Positions 19,360-29,487 of a stretch of 64,000 nucleotides of DNA are shown one piece after another. The DNA is from Verrucomicrobiota bacterium. GTDB lineage: Bacteria; Verrucomicrobiota; Verrucomicrobiia; Verrucomicrobiales; DEV007. The notes beneath the pieces were generated by a model that was not told the origin of the DNA, made no database searches, and saw only the letters and a list, made by a program, of their open reading frames with translations. The stretch is taken from assembly GCA_045046875.1 (NCBI GenBank), contig JASFYY010000022.1:32376-96375 (forward strand), read 5' to 3'. The translations under genes were made by a program, and so were the position numbers. How positions within the stretch are numbered: the stretch's first letter is position 1; every line of letters begins with the position of its first letter.

Positions 19360-20607
19360 ATGATTCGTATAGGCATAGTAGGCTGCGGCAGGATTTTAGC
19401 TGCCCATCTCCAGGGGTATCGACTTCTTCGTGAAGCCGGTATCAACGACTTTGAAATCACCGCCCTCTGCGCCCGCAAAGCAGATGACGCTCAAAGTTAT
19501 GTGAAACGTGGTGAAGGCCCGCCACAACGCAAAGCCGTCAGCAACATGCCCGGCGACCCACTTGCCATCGACGACGAATATTTATCCGACTTCCAGGCCG
19601 GAGTCGAAGTCGAAGTCTTCACCGACTATGAAGAAATGATCGCCAAAGGAAACATTGATGCGGTCAACGACTTCACCATCCACTCCCTGCATCACAAAAT
19701 CGCCAGCCTCTGCTTCCAGCATGGCAAGCATCTATTGAGCCAGAAACCGCTCGCCATTACCATCCAAGCCGCCTGCCAGATGTGCGAGCAAGCCGATCAG
19801 GCCGGGGTGACTTTTGGCGTTTTTGAGAATGTGCGCTTCAGTGCCAGCACCCGCCACCTTCACTGGGCATTTTCTCCCGACGGCCCCGCCGGCGATTTCC
19901 AAATGGCTCTGCTCGGCAATATCGGCACCTGGTGGGCTCCGGATCTCATTGTCGCAGAAACCCCATGGCGCCACGAGCTTATCCAAGCCGGGGGTATCGC
20001 CCTCGATCTCGGCCCCCACATGTTCAACCTCATTCGCTATATCTCCGGCGACATCAAAGACGTCAGCGCGCGCACGGAGGTGGTCGAACCCACTCGTTAC
20101 ATCCTACGCGATGGCCAACGCATCGATCCCATCCACTGTGACGCCGACGATACTTTCTACGCGTCCTTTGCCACCGAATCCGGAGCCAGCGGAACCGTCT
20201 TTGGCGGTTGGTCAGGTCACGGAACCCATACCGTCGTTGGCGATGGCCCGGTTTTTTATGGCAGCAAAGGTCGGGTCAGCGGTGATCACATCCACCTCGA
20301 CGGACAAAGCTGCGCACAATCTCTCTCCGATCTCTATCATAAGCACGCCTCTACCGAACTGACCGAAAAATATTTTCCCCACGGCTTGGATGACGACTTC
20401 GCGCTCAATCAATATGACTGGCTGCAAGCCATCCGCGAAAAACGCCAACCGGAAACCTCAGGCCACGAGGGTCTCGTCGACCTGGCCTGCGCTTACGCCA
20501 TTGTCGAGTCAGCCAAAGCCGGACGCAGCGTCACCATCGAAGAAATCCTGTCCGGCGACCTGCGCGACTACCAACGCCCCATCGACCAACATCATGGGCT
20601 GATTTGA
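19360..20607 (+). CDS. Gfo/Idh/MocA family oxidoreductase
   Basis: IRIGIVGCGRI Rossmann start, HLLSQKPLA, GGIALDLGPH. Confidence 0.92.
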   Translation: MIRIGIVGCGRILAAHLQGYRLLREAGINDFEITALCARKADDAQSYVKRGEGPPQRKAVSNMPGDPLAIDDEYLSDFQAGVEVEVFTDYEEMIAKGNIDAVNDFTIHSLHHKIASLCFQHGKHLLSQKPLAITIQAACQMCEQADQAGVTFGVFENVRFSASTRHLHWAFSPDGPAGDFQMALLGNIGTWWAPDLIVAETPWRHELIQAGGIALDLGPHMFNLIRYISGDIKDVSARTEVVEPTRYILRDGQRIDPIHCDADDTFYASFATESGASGTVFGGWSGHGTHTVVGDGPVFYGSKGRVSGDHIHLDGQSCAQSLSDLYHKHASTELTEKYFPHGLDDDFALNQYDWLQAIREKRQPETSGHEGLVDLACAYAIVESAKAGRSVTIEEILSGDLRDYQRPIDQHHGLI

Positions 20608-20612
20608 TTTGA

Positions 20613-20644
20613 GAACCACTAATGAACACTAAAAGACACGAATG
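20613..20644. repeat. 10-nt-periodic interspersed repeat, copy 2 (inverted relative to copy 1)
   Basis: GAACCACTAATGAACACTAAAAGACACGAATG. Confidence 0.7.
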
Positions 20645-21583
20645 ACTGAGATGATAAATCCGATCATTCTAGAAATTCTTAAGGATTCCGGTGGGACCTT
20701 TGCATTGGAAATCACCAAGTGGACTACTATCGGCGTTACTTGCGGGGTGATTCTGATGCCCTTGGTATTTTTCCTATTAAAAGCATTGAATGCTTACCGT
20801 CTGAATTGGATTCACTCCAAAATGTGCAAAATCCTAGTTTTTATATTAACCCTTATCCTTTCAGCCGTCCTTTCAGGATTCATAGGTTTCAATCAAGGGT
20901 TTTATGTGGCTGTCGAACGCTCGCTTGGAAATGAAAAATTCAAACAAATCGTTTTACCCTCTATCGGTTCGACTGGCGCAGACCTATTGGCCCACATTTA
21001 TATAATGGTGCCCCTATATGAAAAGCCTTCAAATCAGAGCGAAAACGATGTTAGCTCGGTTAATCCTGAAAAAAAAACCAGCGCCCGATTAGAGGAATTT
21101 CGAGAGGGTAAGTGGGAGCTTGATCTCAATGTGCTTAGCGAAAGGATAATAAGCGCAAAAAAGGCATTCATTCATGATGTGATCACTCAAATGAACAGTG
21201 AGCTGAGCCGTAATCATCCTAATCTCAGTGAAGAAGTCGGAGATAAACTTTTTGATTGGATAAGTGAACACTTCGTCGAATGGATTATTCAAGACGATCT
21301 AGAATCGAGCGGCCTCATGTACTGGATCAGAGCCGGCGCTGCCCGGTTTGAGGAAATCTCCCAAAATGATCCGCAATTAACTTACAGTGAATTATCCGCT
21401 GTGATCGGCGATATCCTGATTAAAAAAGGAATTATCACCCCTGTCCGCACTGCTGTGCGCATCAATCAAATAAGCCTTATTATGGCTCTTTTCGCACTAT
21501 TCGCAGCGCCGCCCCTGATCTTCCGCACCGTCAATTTTGTAAGATCTCACAAAATTGTTGAGCAAGCTCTGGAATCATCCTGA
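20642..21583 (+). CDS. Hypothetical membrane protein
   Basis: 313-aa ORF with two N-terminal and one C-terminal hydrophobic segments; visibly AT-richer than its flanks. Confidence 0.7.
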   Translation: MTEMINPIILEILKDSGGTFALEITKWTTIGVTCGVILMPLVFFLLKALNAYRLNWIHSKMCKILVFILTLILSAVLSGFIGFNQGFYVAVERSLGNEKFKQIVLPSIGSTGADLLAHIYIMVPLYEKPSNQSENDVSSVNPEKKTSARLEEFREGKWELDLNVLSERIISAKKAFIHDVITQMNSELSRNHPNLSEEVGDKLFDWISEHFVEWIIQDDLESSGLMYWIRAGAARFEEISQNDPQLTYSELSAVIGDILIKKGIITPVRTAVRINQISLIMALFALFAAPPLIFRTVNFVRSHKIVEQALESS

Positions 21584-21643
21584 AATTGGAGATGCGGCAA
21601 CTCGTGCTTGCTCTACGGTTAGAGCCCGCCAACACGAAATATC

Positions 21644-22738
21644 CTATTTCTCCGGCTTCTGCCCTCTTAACATCGCTTCGATGAAACCGTCGATATTGCC
21701 GTCCATCACGTCTTGAATGTTACCCATTTCATGCCCGGTTCGGTGATCCTTGGCCATTTGATAAGGCTGGAAAACATACGACCGGATCTGACTGCCCCAG
21801 GCGATTTCGCCTTTCTCTCCATACTGACGTTCCATTTCTGAACGTTTTTTGTCCTCCTCGAGTTTGAACAACTTGGCTTTGAGCAATTTCATCGCCAATA
21901 CCCGGTTTTTGTGCTGACTGCGCTCGGCACTACAACGAACAATAATACCGGTTGGAAGATGCGTCAGGTGAACGGCCGTCTCAACCTTATTCACATTTTG
22001 CCCGCCCTTGCCTCCACTGCGTGCGGTAACGATTTTCAAATCCTTGTCCTCAACCTCAATCTCATCGTCGTCGTCCAACTCAGGAACCACATCCAGACTG
22101 GCAAACGAGGTGTGCCTGCGCGCTTGTGAATCAAAAGGGGATATTCTCACCAATCGATGCACCCCGTTTTCATTATTTAAATAGCCATAGGCATTCTCCC
22201 CGGCCACCTTCAAAGTCACCGAACGCACCCCCACTTCTTCACCTCCTTGAAAATCCACGATCTCCACGCCAAACCCCCGACGCTCGCCCCAGCGCTGGTA
22301 CATACGCAATAACATGTCCGCCCAATCACAAGCCTCCGTGCCACCGGCACCCGAGTGAATCGTCACAAAGGCATTCTCCGAGTCATGACGCCCACTGAGC
22401 AAAGTCTGTAACTCAAACGTATCCAATTCCCTCATCAACACCTCATATTCTGTAGCCGCCTCGCCAGCACTATCCTCATCATCCGCGGCCATCTCGAGCA
22501 ATACCTCCAGATCCCCCATACGGCTATCCAAGGCCCGCATCGGAGTCAGTCTCGCTTTGATTCGCGAAACATCCGCCACCGTTTTCTGCGCGGTATCCTT
22601 ATCATCCCAAAAATCCTGGGCAGTCATTTTTTCTTCCAAGCCAGACAGCTGGGTCTCCAACTTAGGGAGATCCATGAATTTTTTCAAGCCGTCGAGACGC
22701 TCCTTCAACTTGTCGATATCTATTTCCTGCCAATCCAT
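21644..22738 (-). CDS. prfB: Peptide chain release factor 2
   Basis: [20 protein letters not shown] (RF2 SPF motif), [16 protein letters not shown]; one uninterrupted ORF. Confidence 0.97.
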   Translation of the reverse strand: MDWQEIDIDKLKERLDGLKKFMDLPKLETQLSGLEEKMTAQDFWDDKDTAQKTVADVSRIKARLTPMRALDSRMGDLEVLLEMAADDEDSAGEAATEYEVLMRELDTFELQTLLSGRHDSENAFVTIHSGAGGTEACDWADMLLRMYQRWGERRGFGVEIVDFQGGEEVGVRSVTLKVAGENAYGYLNNENGVHRLVRISPFDSQARRHTSFASLDVVPELDDDDEIEVEDKDLKIVTARSGGKGGQNVNKVETAVHLTHLPTGIIVRCSAERSQHKNRVLAMKLLKAKLFKLEEDKKRSEMERQYGEKGEIAWGSQIRSYVFQPYQMAKDHRTGHEMGNIQDVMDGNIDGFIEAMLRGQKPEK

Positions 22739-22869
22739 TTTTTTAAAGCCAAACGAAGGTTATTGTTCCCACTCTGCCGATTCGTCCCTACTGTTCGGCA
22801 CGGAATCAAATTCTGCAAATCGTATTCACTGCCAGCCCCTGTCAAGCTGCCGATAAACCAAACAAACCA

Positions 22870-23403
22870 TTGGAAAAAACCACCGCCAATCTCATTCGCC
22901 GTTTCCCGCTGACCGAGACCAGCCTGATCATTCACTGGTGCTCGGACACCCAGGGCTTGATCAAAACCGTCGCCAAGGGCGCCCGGCGGCCCAAAAACCG
23001 CTTTGCCGGCAAGTTGGATCTCTTTTTTCACTGCGAAATCGAAATCGTCCGCAGCCGCAAGAGCGACCTCCACATTCTGAAAGATATTTCCGTGCTGCGC
23101 ACCCGTCTCGGCATCCGGGGCTCTTACCTACAAACCCTCGCCGCTTCTTATTTCGTGAAATTGATCGAACGCGTAGCCGAATCCGCCACCCCCATCCCGG
23201 ATCTCGCCGATCTTCTCGAACGCTCCTTGGAATACCTTGACCAGAACCAACCCACACGACGTGCGGTGCTGCATTTTGAAAAAGAACTTGCCCGCCACCT
23301 CGGCGTCGCCCACCCCACCTGCACCCCCGCCACCAGCATTTCCAACACTTTTGGCCATCTGCCCAAACAACGTGAAGAGCTGCTCGACATGACTGCCGAC
23401 TAA
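22870..23403 (+). CDS. recO: DNA repair protein RecO (short form)
   Basis: ETSLIIHW, GLIKTVAKGARRPKNRFAGKLDLF; TTG start. Confidence 0.88.
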   Translation: MEKTTANLIRRFPLTETSLIIHWCSDTQGLIKTVAKGARRPKNRFAGKLDLFFHCEIEIVRSRKSDLHILKDISVLRTRLGIRGSYLQTLAASYFVKLIERVAESATPIPDLADLLERSLEYLDQNQPTRRAVLHFEKELARHLGVAHPTCTPATSISNTFGHLPKQREELLDMTAD

Positions 23404-23560
23404 GAACCTCGACCCCGGAGATTCCAGAGAACCATGCAGAACCTTGTCTGACCTCGCGCTTTTTCCAACAAGCACTTGACCCGATGCCCCCGCTCGCGCA
23501 CCATTCCATCTCATTTGGTGCTCGCAAGCTGCACAACAGCTACACCGCTCATTGAATGCG

Positions 23561-25342
23561 ATGGTTAACCACGCAATGATCAAGAAAATTCTAAAACATC
23601 CTATTATTGTCCGCTTGACCAAGCTCTCTTCCAGCTTGGTTCAACGCACGCAAACATGGAATTTTCGTGCCCTGTGGTTGCAACTCAGCCTTAGCGTGAT
23701 CCTGCTGGCGATAATCTCATTCAGCATCGACTCCTGGAACATTTATTCCGATCTACGCGAAGAATACCAGCAAAAACTGAGCGTGGGGCAAGTCCACCCC
23801 AGCGACACCCCTCCCATCAGCATAGCTCTTGCCCAAACCCTGGGTGCGCTCATCGTCGCCCTAGGGCTGTCCATCTCTTTCTATAACCAGCGTAAAAGAA
23901 AAGTGTCATCCATACGTCGTGGCCGAAGCACCCAACTGGTTCTCTGGATCGCCGCCATCGGAGTGCTGGTCGCATGGCTGCCAACAGATTACACCATCAA
24001 TTTCCGTTCCGTATTGGTCAGCCGCATCGGCGAGGACCCTTCGGTGGCCGCTTATCTCGGCAAACTGTTCTTGATCGCCACTCTTATTCTCAGTTTTCCA
24101 CTAATGGCCCGTTTGCACTTCCGCTCCAGCATCATGGATCAATATGTGGTGCGAACCTTTCTCCTGCCCTTCACCTTCACCCTCATCGGCTTTATTGCCA
24201 TCTGGCTGATTTCCGATCTCACCAATAACGGCCCCGATTTTGTCTCAGCCAAAGCCAGTCTCGGCACCATCCTGGAATTTTATTTGATCCAACTGCCCCA
24301 GGTCATTCTTTTTGTCCTGCCGGTCACGCTGCTGCTATCACTGCTCTACGCCCTCAGCCGCATGTCCGCCTCCAACGAATTGATCTCGATGCTGGGAGCC
24401 GGGCGCAGCATGATGCGTATATTACGCCCTCTTTTCATCATCGGCCTCTATGCCTCGCTGATCTGTCTGGTATTCAAGTACGACTGGGCACCCAGATCCG
24501 AAGGCAGCAAAGTAGCTTTGCTACAAGCCGTCCGTGATGGCAGCTTCCAAGAAGACAATCAGGGTAATAGCAAAAAAAAGAAAAAGAAAAAATCTGCCCG
24601 CTGGTCCAAGCTAGGCTGGATGTATGTCAATCCTGTTGATCGCCGCACTTGGTTTGTCGGTCGCGTACCTCTCGATTTCACCCAAAAAACCATGGGCTCT
24701 GTAGCCATCTGGCAGTTCGACAAAGAGCAGAACCTGCTCACCAGTTGGCGCGGCAACTCCGCCACTTGGTTTTTTGGCAACCGCACCTGGAAACTCTACC
24801 GAGGCAAGACCTACACCTACGGTCCTGACGGCATCCCTAAAATCCAATCGTGGGAATCGATGGAAATCCCCGGCTGGCGCGAAACTCCGTGGAAAGTAGT
24901 CAGCGCCTCCCTCAATCCCGAGCATATGGGCATACCGGGACTTACCACCTATCTAAGAACCAACGCTGATTATGACCGCAAACAGCTGGCACCCTATCGA
25001 ACCAACTGGTGGTATTGCTGGGCCGAGCCACTGAGTTGTCTGGTGATGGTGCTGGTCTCAGCACCACTAGGCATCGTTTACTCCCGCCGTGGAGTGCTCG
25101 GCGGAGTGGCCGCGTCGATATTCATTTTTGCCAGTATGTACCTTCTGCGTGGCACTTTTCTAGCCTTTGGCCAAAACGGGCAACTGCCCCCTTTCATCGC
25201 CGCTTGGGCCACCAACTTTATCTTTGCTATCATCGGCGCCATGCTGCTCTACTACCGATCACAAAATCGACAGCCCCCCACCATCAAGTCTATATTGAAC
25301 GGCAGTTATTTTCGCAAACTTTTCAATCTAAAATCAGCTTAG
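23561..25342 (+). CDS. LptF/LptG family LPS export permease with N-terminal membrane extension
   Basis: IMDQYVVRTF, LPVTLLLSLLYALSRMSASNELISMLGAG, PPFIAAW.TN; start uncertain (23552, 23561 or 23576). Confidence 0.88.
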   Translation: MVNHAMIKKILKHPIIVRLTKLSSSLVQRTQTWNFRALWLQLSLSVILLAIISFSIDSWNIYSDLREEYQQKLSVGQVHPSDTPPISIALAQTLGALIVALGLSISFYNQRKRKVSSIRRGRSTQLVLWIAAIGVLVAWLPTDYTINFRSVLVSRIGEDPSVAAYLGKLFLIATLILSFPLMARLHFRSSIMDQYVVRTFLLPFTFTLIGFIAIWLISDLTNNGPDFVSAKASLGTILEFYLIQLPQVILFVLPVTLLLSLLYALSRMSASNELISMLGAGRSMMRILRPLFIIGLYASLICLVFKYDWAPRSEGSKVALLQAVRDGSFQEDNQGNSKKKKKKKSARWSKLGWMYVNPVDRRTWFVGRVPLDFTQKTMGSVAIWQFDKEQNLLTSWRGNSATWFFGNRTWKLYRGKTYTYGPDGIPKIQSWESMEIPGWRETPWKVVSASLNPEHMGIPGLTTYLRTNADYDRKQLAPYRTNWWYCWAEPLSCLVMVLVSAPLGIVYSRRGVLGGVAASIFIFASMYLLRGTFLAFGQNGQLPPFIAAWATNFIFAIIGAMLLYYRSQNRQPPTIKSILNGSYFRKLFNLKSA

Positions 25343-25398
25343 TAATTCCGCTCTTCCAAGCCACTTACGTTATATTTTTTCATTTCAGACCTTGCACC

Positions 25399-26079
25399 AT
25401 GGCCATTCAAAAAGACTGGAAAATCAGCCGCCGGCACAGCAAATGCACCCACAGCGGGGAGAAGTTTGCTGATGGCCAATCCTTCTACACTTGTATTTTT
25501 GACGATCCGGAAAATGAAGGTTTCCTGAGAAAAGACTTTTCTGAAGCCGCCTGGGAAGAACTCAGCGATACCCTGGAGCCCTTCTCCTTCTGGAAAACCA
25601 CCTGCAAATACCCCAAAGAAGATACCTCGCCCGAAGTGCTTGGCAATGAATCGGCTGAAACCATGCTGCGCCGCATGATCGAAGAAGACGAAGCAGGCAC
25701 AGAAAATGCCCGTTATATCCTCACTCTCATGCTCGAGCGCAAAAAGGCCCTCATCCCCGTGGGAGTAAAAGAAACCGAATCCAGCCGATTGTTACTCTAC
25801 GAACACCGCGCCAGCGGCGACGTGCTCGTCGTCCGTGACCCGCAACTCAAACTCGATGAAGTCGAGGCCGTGCAGCAAGAGGTGTCCCTCTTGCTCGACC
25901 AAAACAATACTCAACAGGAAAACAACCACTCCGACTCAGAGGTTGGTGAGCAAGATGCCGCTGCTGCAGACTCCGAAACCACAGGAGACCAGGCTACCGA
26001 CGATGACTTAGCAGAATCTGATACCGAAGAAATTGAAGTCGAAGTTGAAGCGGAAAATGAAGAAATCACTTCCAGCTGA
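25399..26079 (+). CDS. Hypothetical protein with acidic C-terminal tail
   Basis: MAIQKDWKISRR...FSFWKT...YILTLMLERKK; the upstream extension in the ORF track overlaps lptF/G and is rejected. Confidence 0.8.
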   Translation: MAIQKDWKISRRHSKCTHSGEKFADGQSFYTCIFDDPENEGFLRKDFSEAAWEELSDTLEPFSFWKTTCKYPKEDTSPEVLGNESAETMLRRMIEEDEAGTENARYILTLMLERKKALIPVGVKETESSRLLLYEHRASGDVLVVRDPQLKLDEVEAVQQEVSLLLDQNNTQQENNHSDSEVGEQDAAAADSETTGDQATDDDLAESDTEEIEVEVEAENEEITSS

Positions 26080-26102
26080 TTCAACAAAATAAACCAAGCT
26101 CC

Positions 26103-27056
26103 CTACTCAACCTTTTTAGCCTCCACCTTCGAAGCCTGCTTCACTTTGACCGTTTTTTCCGTCTTCGTTCCAGCCAAAAATTTCCGCTCGACCAAAGTCG
26201 CCGCGACATAACCCACAAAGATGTCGGCGCGCAGTTCCAAAGGCAGGCGATACTCATCCTCACTCACCCACAATGTCGCAGTTTTCATTTTTTTGTATTT
26301 TTTCAAAGACAAATCCTTGTTGATCTTCTGTACCTTGACCCCCAACCTGATCGTATCTTTTTTCTCTCCCAAATAGTCCCGTTTCTCTCTACCCTGAACT
26401 TCAAAACTCACTAGGTAAGGCGTATCAAAAGGTTGTACCACGCCAGTCAAAGTTTCTCCATTTTTTAACGGCAGGCTGCGTAAGCACAAAATGGAAGACA
26501 ACAAATCAAATACGTGAGGGTATTTAAAAGTGCGTTTTTTAGTTTTCAACTTTCCCGTTTCTGCATCGGTTTCATAACTTAAAGTCACCACCCGGTCCTG
26601 TTTGAAATCCGTTCGATAAGACACCGTCTCCTTATTCTCCGTCTCAGAATGCTCGAACCACAGAGGACGCAGAGTCGCTCTGTCCACCTTGGATTTCAAC
26701 TCACAGTCATATGCCCATAACAAGCGCACAGCCCCCGAACTGCGTGCGCTTGCCTCTCCCGTCAAAATCTCACTCGACGGCTTGCCTGAAGGATCTTCAT
26801 CACGCATCACAATGGCCACCTCGCCGGCATTGATCAAATTATTCCAACTCAAACTATAACCCAAACGACAGGGTTTCAGCGCCGGCTCATTGCCAGCTTT
26901 CAACAAAGTGACCGTCTTCAACCAAGCTGGAGGCGTTTTGTCCTTTTTTTTACTCGTCGTTTCCTCTGCCAGACAGGCCTTCCCCCACGGGCAACAAACT
27001 ACCGCCAGCATGATCCCCATCACGCCGCATCTCACCGATCCAATAGTCATCCACAT
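26103..27056 (-). CDS. DUF3108 domain secreted protein
   Basis: Signal peptide; YSLSW..INAG, FDLLSSIL.LR, LWVSEDEYRLPL, IFVGYV. Confidence 0.8.
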   Translation of the reverse strand: MWMTIGSVRCGVMGIMLAVVCCPWGKACLAEETTSKKKDKTPPAWLKTVTLLKAGNEPALKPCRLGYSLSWNNLINAGEVAIVMRDEDPSGKPSSEILTGEASARSSGAVRLLWAYDCELKSKVDRATLRPLWFEHSETENKETVSYRTDFKQDRVVTLSYETDAETGKLKTKKRTFKYPHVFDLLSSILCLRSLPLKNGETLTGVVQPFDTPYLVSFEVQGREKRDYLGEKKDTIRLGVKVQKINKDLSLKKYKKMKTATLWVSEDEYRLPLELRADIFVGYVAATLVERKFLAGTKTEKTVKVKQASKVEAKKVE

Positions 27057-27088
27057 GCTTGCAATCTAAGGGTAGCGGCAATTAATAG

Positions 27089-27206
27089 ATACCCCAAAAT
27101 GCGCAGAATTTTTGATTTCCATCAAGGCGAGATTTTCGATAATAGCAAGCTATTTGAGAAAATTTGAACGCAGATGGAGATCAAAAAGGCAAGTAATTTG
27201 GGGTGT
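27089..27206. mobile_element. ~118-nt palindromic MITE-like element
   Basis: Nested inverted repeats around the centre AATAGC-AA-GCTATT (27141-27154): TTTTTGATTTCCATC/GATGGAGATCAAAAA and ATACCCCAAA/TTTGGGGTGT. Mobility is inferred, not shown. Confidence 0.65.
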
Positions 27207-27246
27207 TTTATTTTTGTCGCGGCCCTAACTCACTGATGACAAAAAA

Positions 27247-28674
27247 TCACCTAGCAGCTGGCACAATTTTAATCCTTACCTTTTGCCCGTCCTCGACGGA
27301 TGGTTTCTCACTTTTTTTCAAAGTGATCAAACCGCTCACCCGGGGTCGATCTCCTCCCAATCGCAGCGCCGCTGCCTTCACCTGGCTACTGTCAATTTCC
27401 AACCATTGCGGATCCGGTAGCCACAAAACGACATCCTCAGCCAGATGCAGCTCAAGCTCACATTGTCCGCCCACAATCAGACGAATCGTCTGCGCTTGAT
27501 CCGGACGAGGCAATTCAAAAGTCATCTTGCCCGACTCCGCTTCAAGTAAAAAAGACTCCACCCGCCGCCACGGCACCGTCACCTTCAGCTGCTGACCGAT
27601 CTCAGAAAACCAACCACTCAGACGTTGTTTGTAGCGCAGCACGTACAACTCTCTGTCATCTTCCTCCCGCCAACTCTCAGTTATACCAGCAGTCGGAACT
27701 CCGTGTCCAAAAACCTTGCCCTTGATCGAAAAAATATTCCCGGTAACAAAATGTACGTCCCCCGCATAAGTCGAAAAAGTCACTCTCAGATTTTTCTCTC
27801 CCTCCGAATCATAAAGCGCGACCCGATCCCGGTCCGCTTCATAAGGCGTCGCCACCAAAACCGCCACCACCATTCCCAACATCACACACACACCACCCAA
27901 CTTAACCCCCAAAGGAATACGCCGCGCCCCCTCCTTCTCCAAAAAGGGGTCAGGCAACAATTCTTGACTCAGCCCCATCAAGTAAAACAAACCCGCTGCG
28001 GCAAAATAAGTCATCGCCCCCGCCCATAACACATCCGTGGCAAAATGTCCGCCCTGTAGCATCCGCATATAACCCACTACGCCCCCCAAAACCAAGCTCC
28101 CCAGAAGAAAGGTGAAGGCCCAGCCACGCCGCCGCTTTCTCAAAATAAACCACCCGGCGACAAAATAAAAAGCCATACTCGCGTGGCCACAGGGAAACGA
28201 TTTACCATCACTTTCGGGATTCGGATCAAGCACCGATTCAAAAGCGTAGCGGCCACCAAAGTCCGTGATTTCCCTGGGCCGGGGGCGTCCCCAGTGTTCT
28301 TTAAAAACCAAATTCACCAGCAAACCCGGAGCCACTGCCACCAACAAAATCAAATACAGCGAAACCTTTCGATAAGGCCCCCAACTCCTCAGCTTAAAAC
28401 TGCCCACATATAGCGCCGCCGCCAAGATCACCACGATTAAGGCAGGGATCGAGGACGCTCGATACAAAAATTTCCAAAAGTCCGCGTCACCATAGAGCCA
28501 ACTTTGTTGATCAAAATCATAAAGCGCCTTATGCCAAGCCAACTCGCGATCCCCCATGGCCATGAACAGGGTCAAAATCACCACCAGCCCAAATGGCAAA
28601 ACAAAATCCCAAGCTAATGCCCGTGACCAACAGCCGCACGCCTGCTGCTTTTTATTAGCAAGCTGCTCACTCAC
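27247..28674 (-). CDS. PAP2 family membrane phosphatase with C-terminal extracytoplasmic beta-domain
   Basis: C1 KEHWGRPRP, C2 SFPCGH, C3 RMLQGGHFATD; multiple TMs; GTG start overlaps the upstream stop. Confidence 0.88.
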   Translation of the reverse strand: MSEQLANKKQQACGCWSRALAWDFVLPFGLVVILTLFMAMGDRELAWHKALYDFDQQSWLYGDADFWKFLYRASSIPALIVVILAAALYVGSFKLRSWGPYRKVSLYLILLVAVAPGLLVNLVFKEHWGRPRPREITDFGGRYAFESVLDPNPESDGKSFPCGHASMAFYFVAGWFILRKRRRGWAFTFLLGSLVLGGVVGYMRMLQGGHFATDVLWAGAMTYFAAAGLFYLMGLSQELLPDPFLEKEGARRIPLGVKLGGVCVMLGMVVAVLVATPYEADRDRVALYDSEGEKNLRVTFSTYAGDVHFVTGNIFSIKGKVFGHGVPTAGITESWREEDDRELYVLRYKQRLSGWFSEIGQQLKVTVPWRRVESFLLEAESGKMTFELPRPDQAQTIRLIVGGQCELELHLAEDVVLWLPDPQWLEIDSSQVKAAALRLGGDRPRVSGLITLKKSEKPSVEDGQKVRIKIVPAAR

Positions 28675-29425
28675 TCTCCTTTTCCCTTTTCGAATCGAGT
28701 CCCTCCATGTGGCAGTTCACTAGAGTAACATCGATATCCTTACCCGTGCAGGTTCCCACGATGGTCACCGGCTGCCCCACCGTCAATAAGGTCGTGCGGT
28801 CATTGCGGCTCACCAACCTACCCTGACTGGCAACCACTTCCACATGGAAATTATTATCACGCTTAAAGCTGCACTTCACTCTGGAATCCGAACTGTCCGC
28901 TCGCAAAAAAATCACAATCTCCTTAGCTCCCGTTTCAAAACTCTGTATCGCTCCCTGCACCTTGAGATAACGTTGCTTGAAATTCTGCTTGGCAGATACA
29001 CTGTCCTCCGCAAAAGCGGCCACCAACTGCTCTGCCGTCACCTCCTGCACTTGCAAAGCCGATACCCCGGTTTTAATTTCCGAAAGCTGAGATTTTTTCA
29101 CCTGAGCCTGTTCTTCCCGCAAAACTTTCACTTCCTGGCGCAAAATTTCGACTTCCTTCTGCAGCTCTTCGACCGTTTTTACTGTCTTCAAATAAGCATC
29201 TTTCAACTCCTTTAACTGCTCTGGAAATTTGGCCACCGAATCCGGCACCTTGAGATCTTTCAGGCTATCCAAAAGCCCGCCCAACGAAGATCCTTTGTTT
29301 TTATCTCCATCCGCCGCCCTTGCTGCTGGTAGCGCAAGCAAACAAGCCAGCCCCAACACCGTGACCAGCGCCCACAGCGTTCCCACCCCAAATTCTCTCC
29401 TGTAACGAACCTGTCCAATTTTCAT
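28667..29425 (-). CDS. Secreted coiled-coil + OB-fold (tRNA_anti-like) protein
   Basis: Signal peptide; coiled coil; VTAEQLVAAF..D...A...F....LKVQG and GQPVTIVGTCTG. Confidence 0.75.
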   Translation of the reverse strand: MKIGQVRYRREFGVGTLWALVTVLGLACLLALPAARAADGDKNKGSSLGGLLDSLKDLKVPDSVAKFPEQLKELKDAYLKTVKTVEELQKEVEILRQEVKVLREEQAQVKKSQLSEIKTGVSALQVQEVTAEQLVAAFAEDSVSAKQNFKQRYLKVQGAIQSFETGAKEIVIFLRADSSDSRVKCSFKRDNNFHVEVVASQGRLVSRNDRTTLLTVGQPVTIVGTCTGKDIDVTLVNCHMEGLDSKREKESE

Positions 29426-29487
29426 CCTGCCAGAGTCTCCCACGCCCCGCGCCTTCGAGCAAATGACAATTCATCTTTCCTCCGCCA

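Noticed and set aside
21602..21637. Hairpin GCTCTA-CGGT-TAGAGC between convergent genes as an ncRNA
   Set aside because: Short stem with no family features; at most a weak terminator.
25009..25398. N-terminal extension of the 356-aa ORF 25009..26079
   Set aside because: It overlaps the lptF/G 3' end in another frame and is not protein-like; the real start is ATG 25399.
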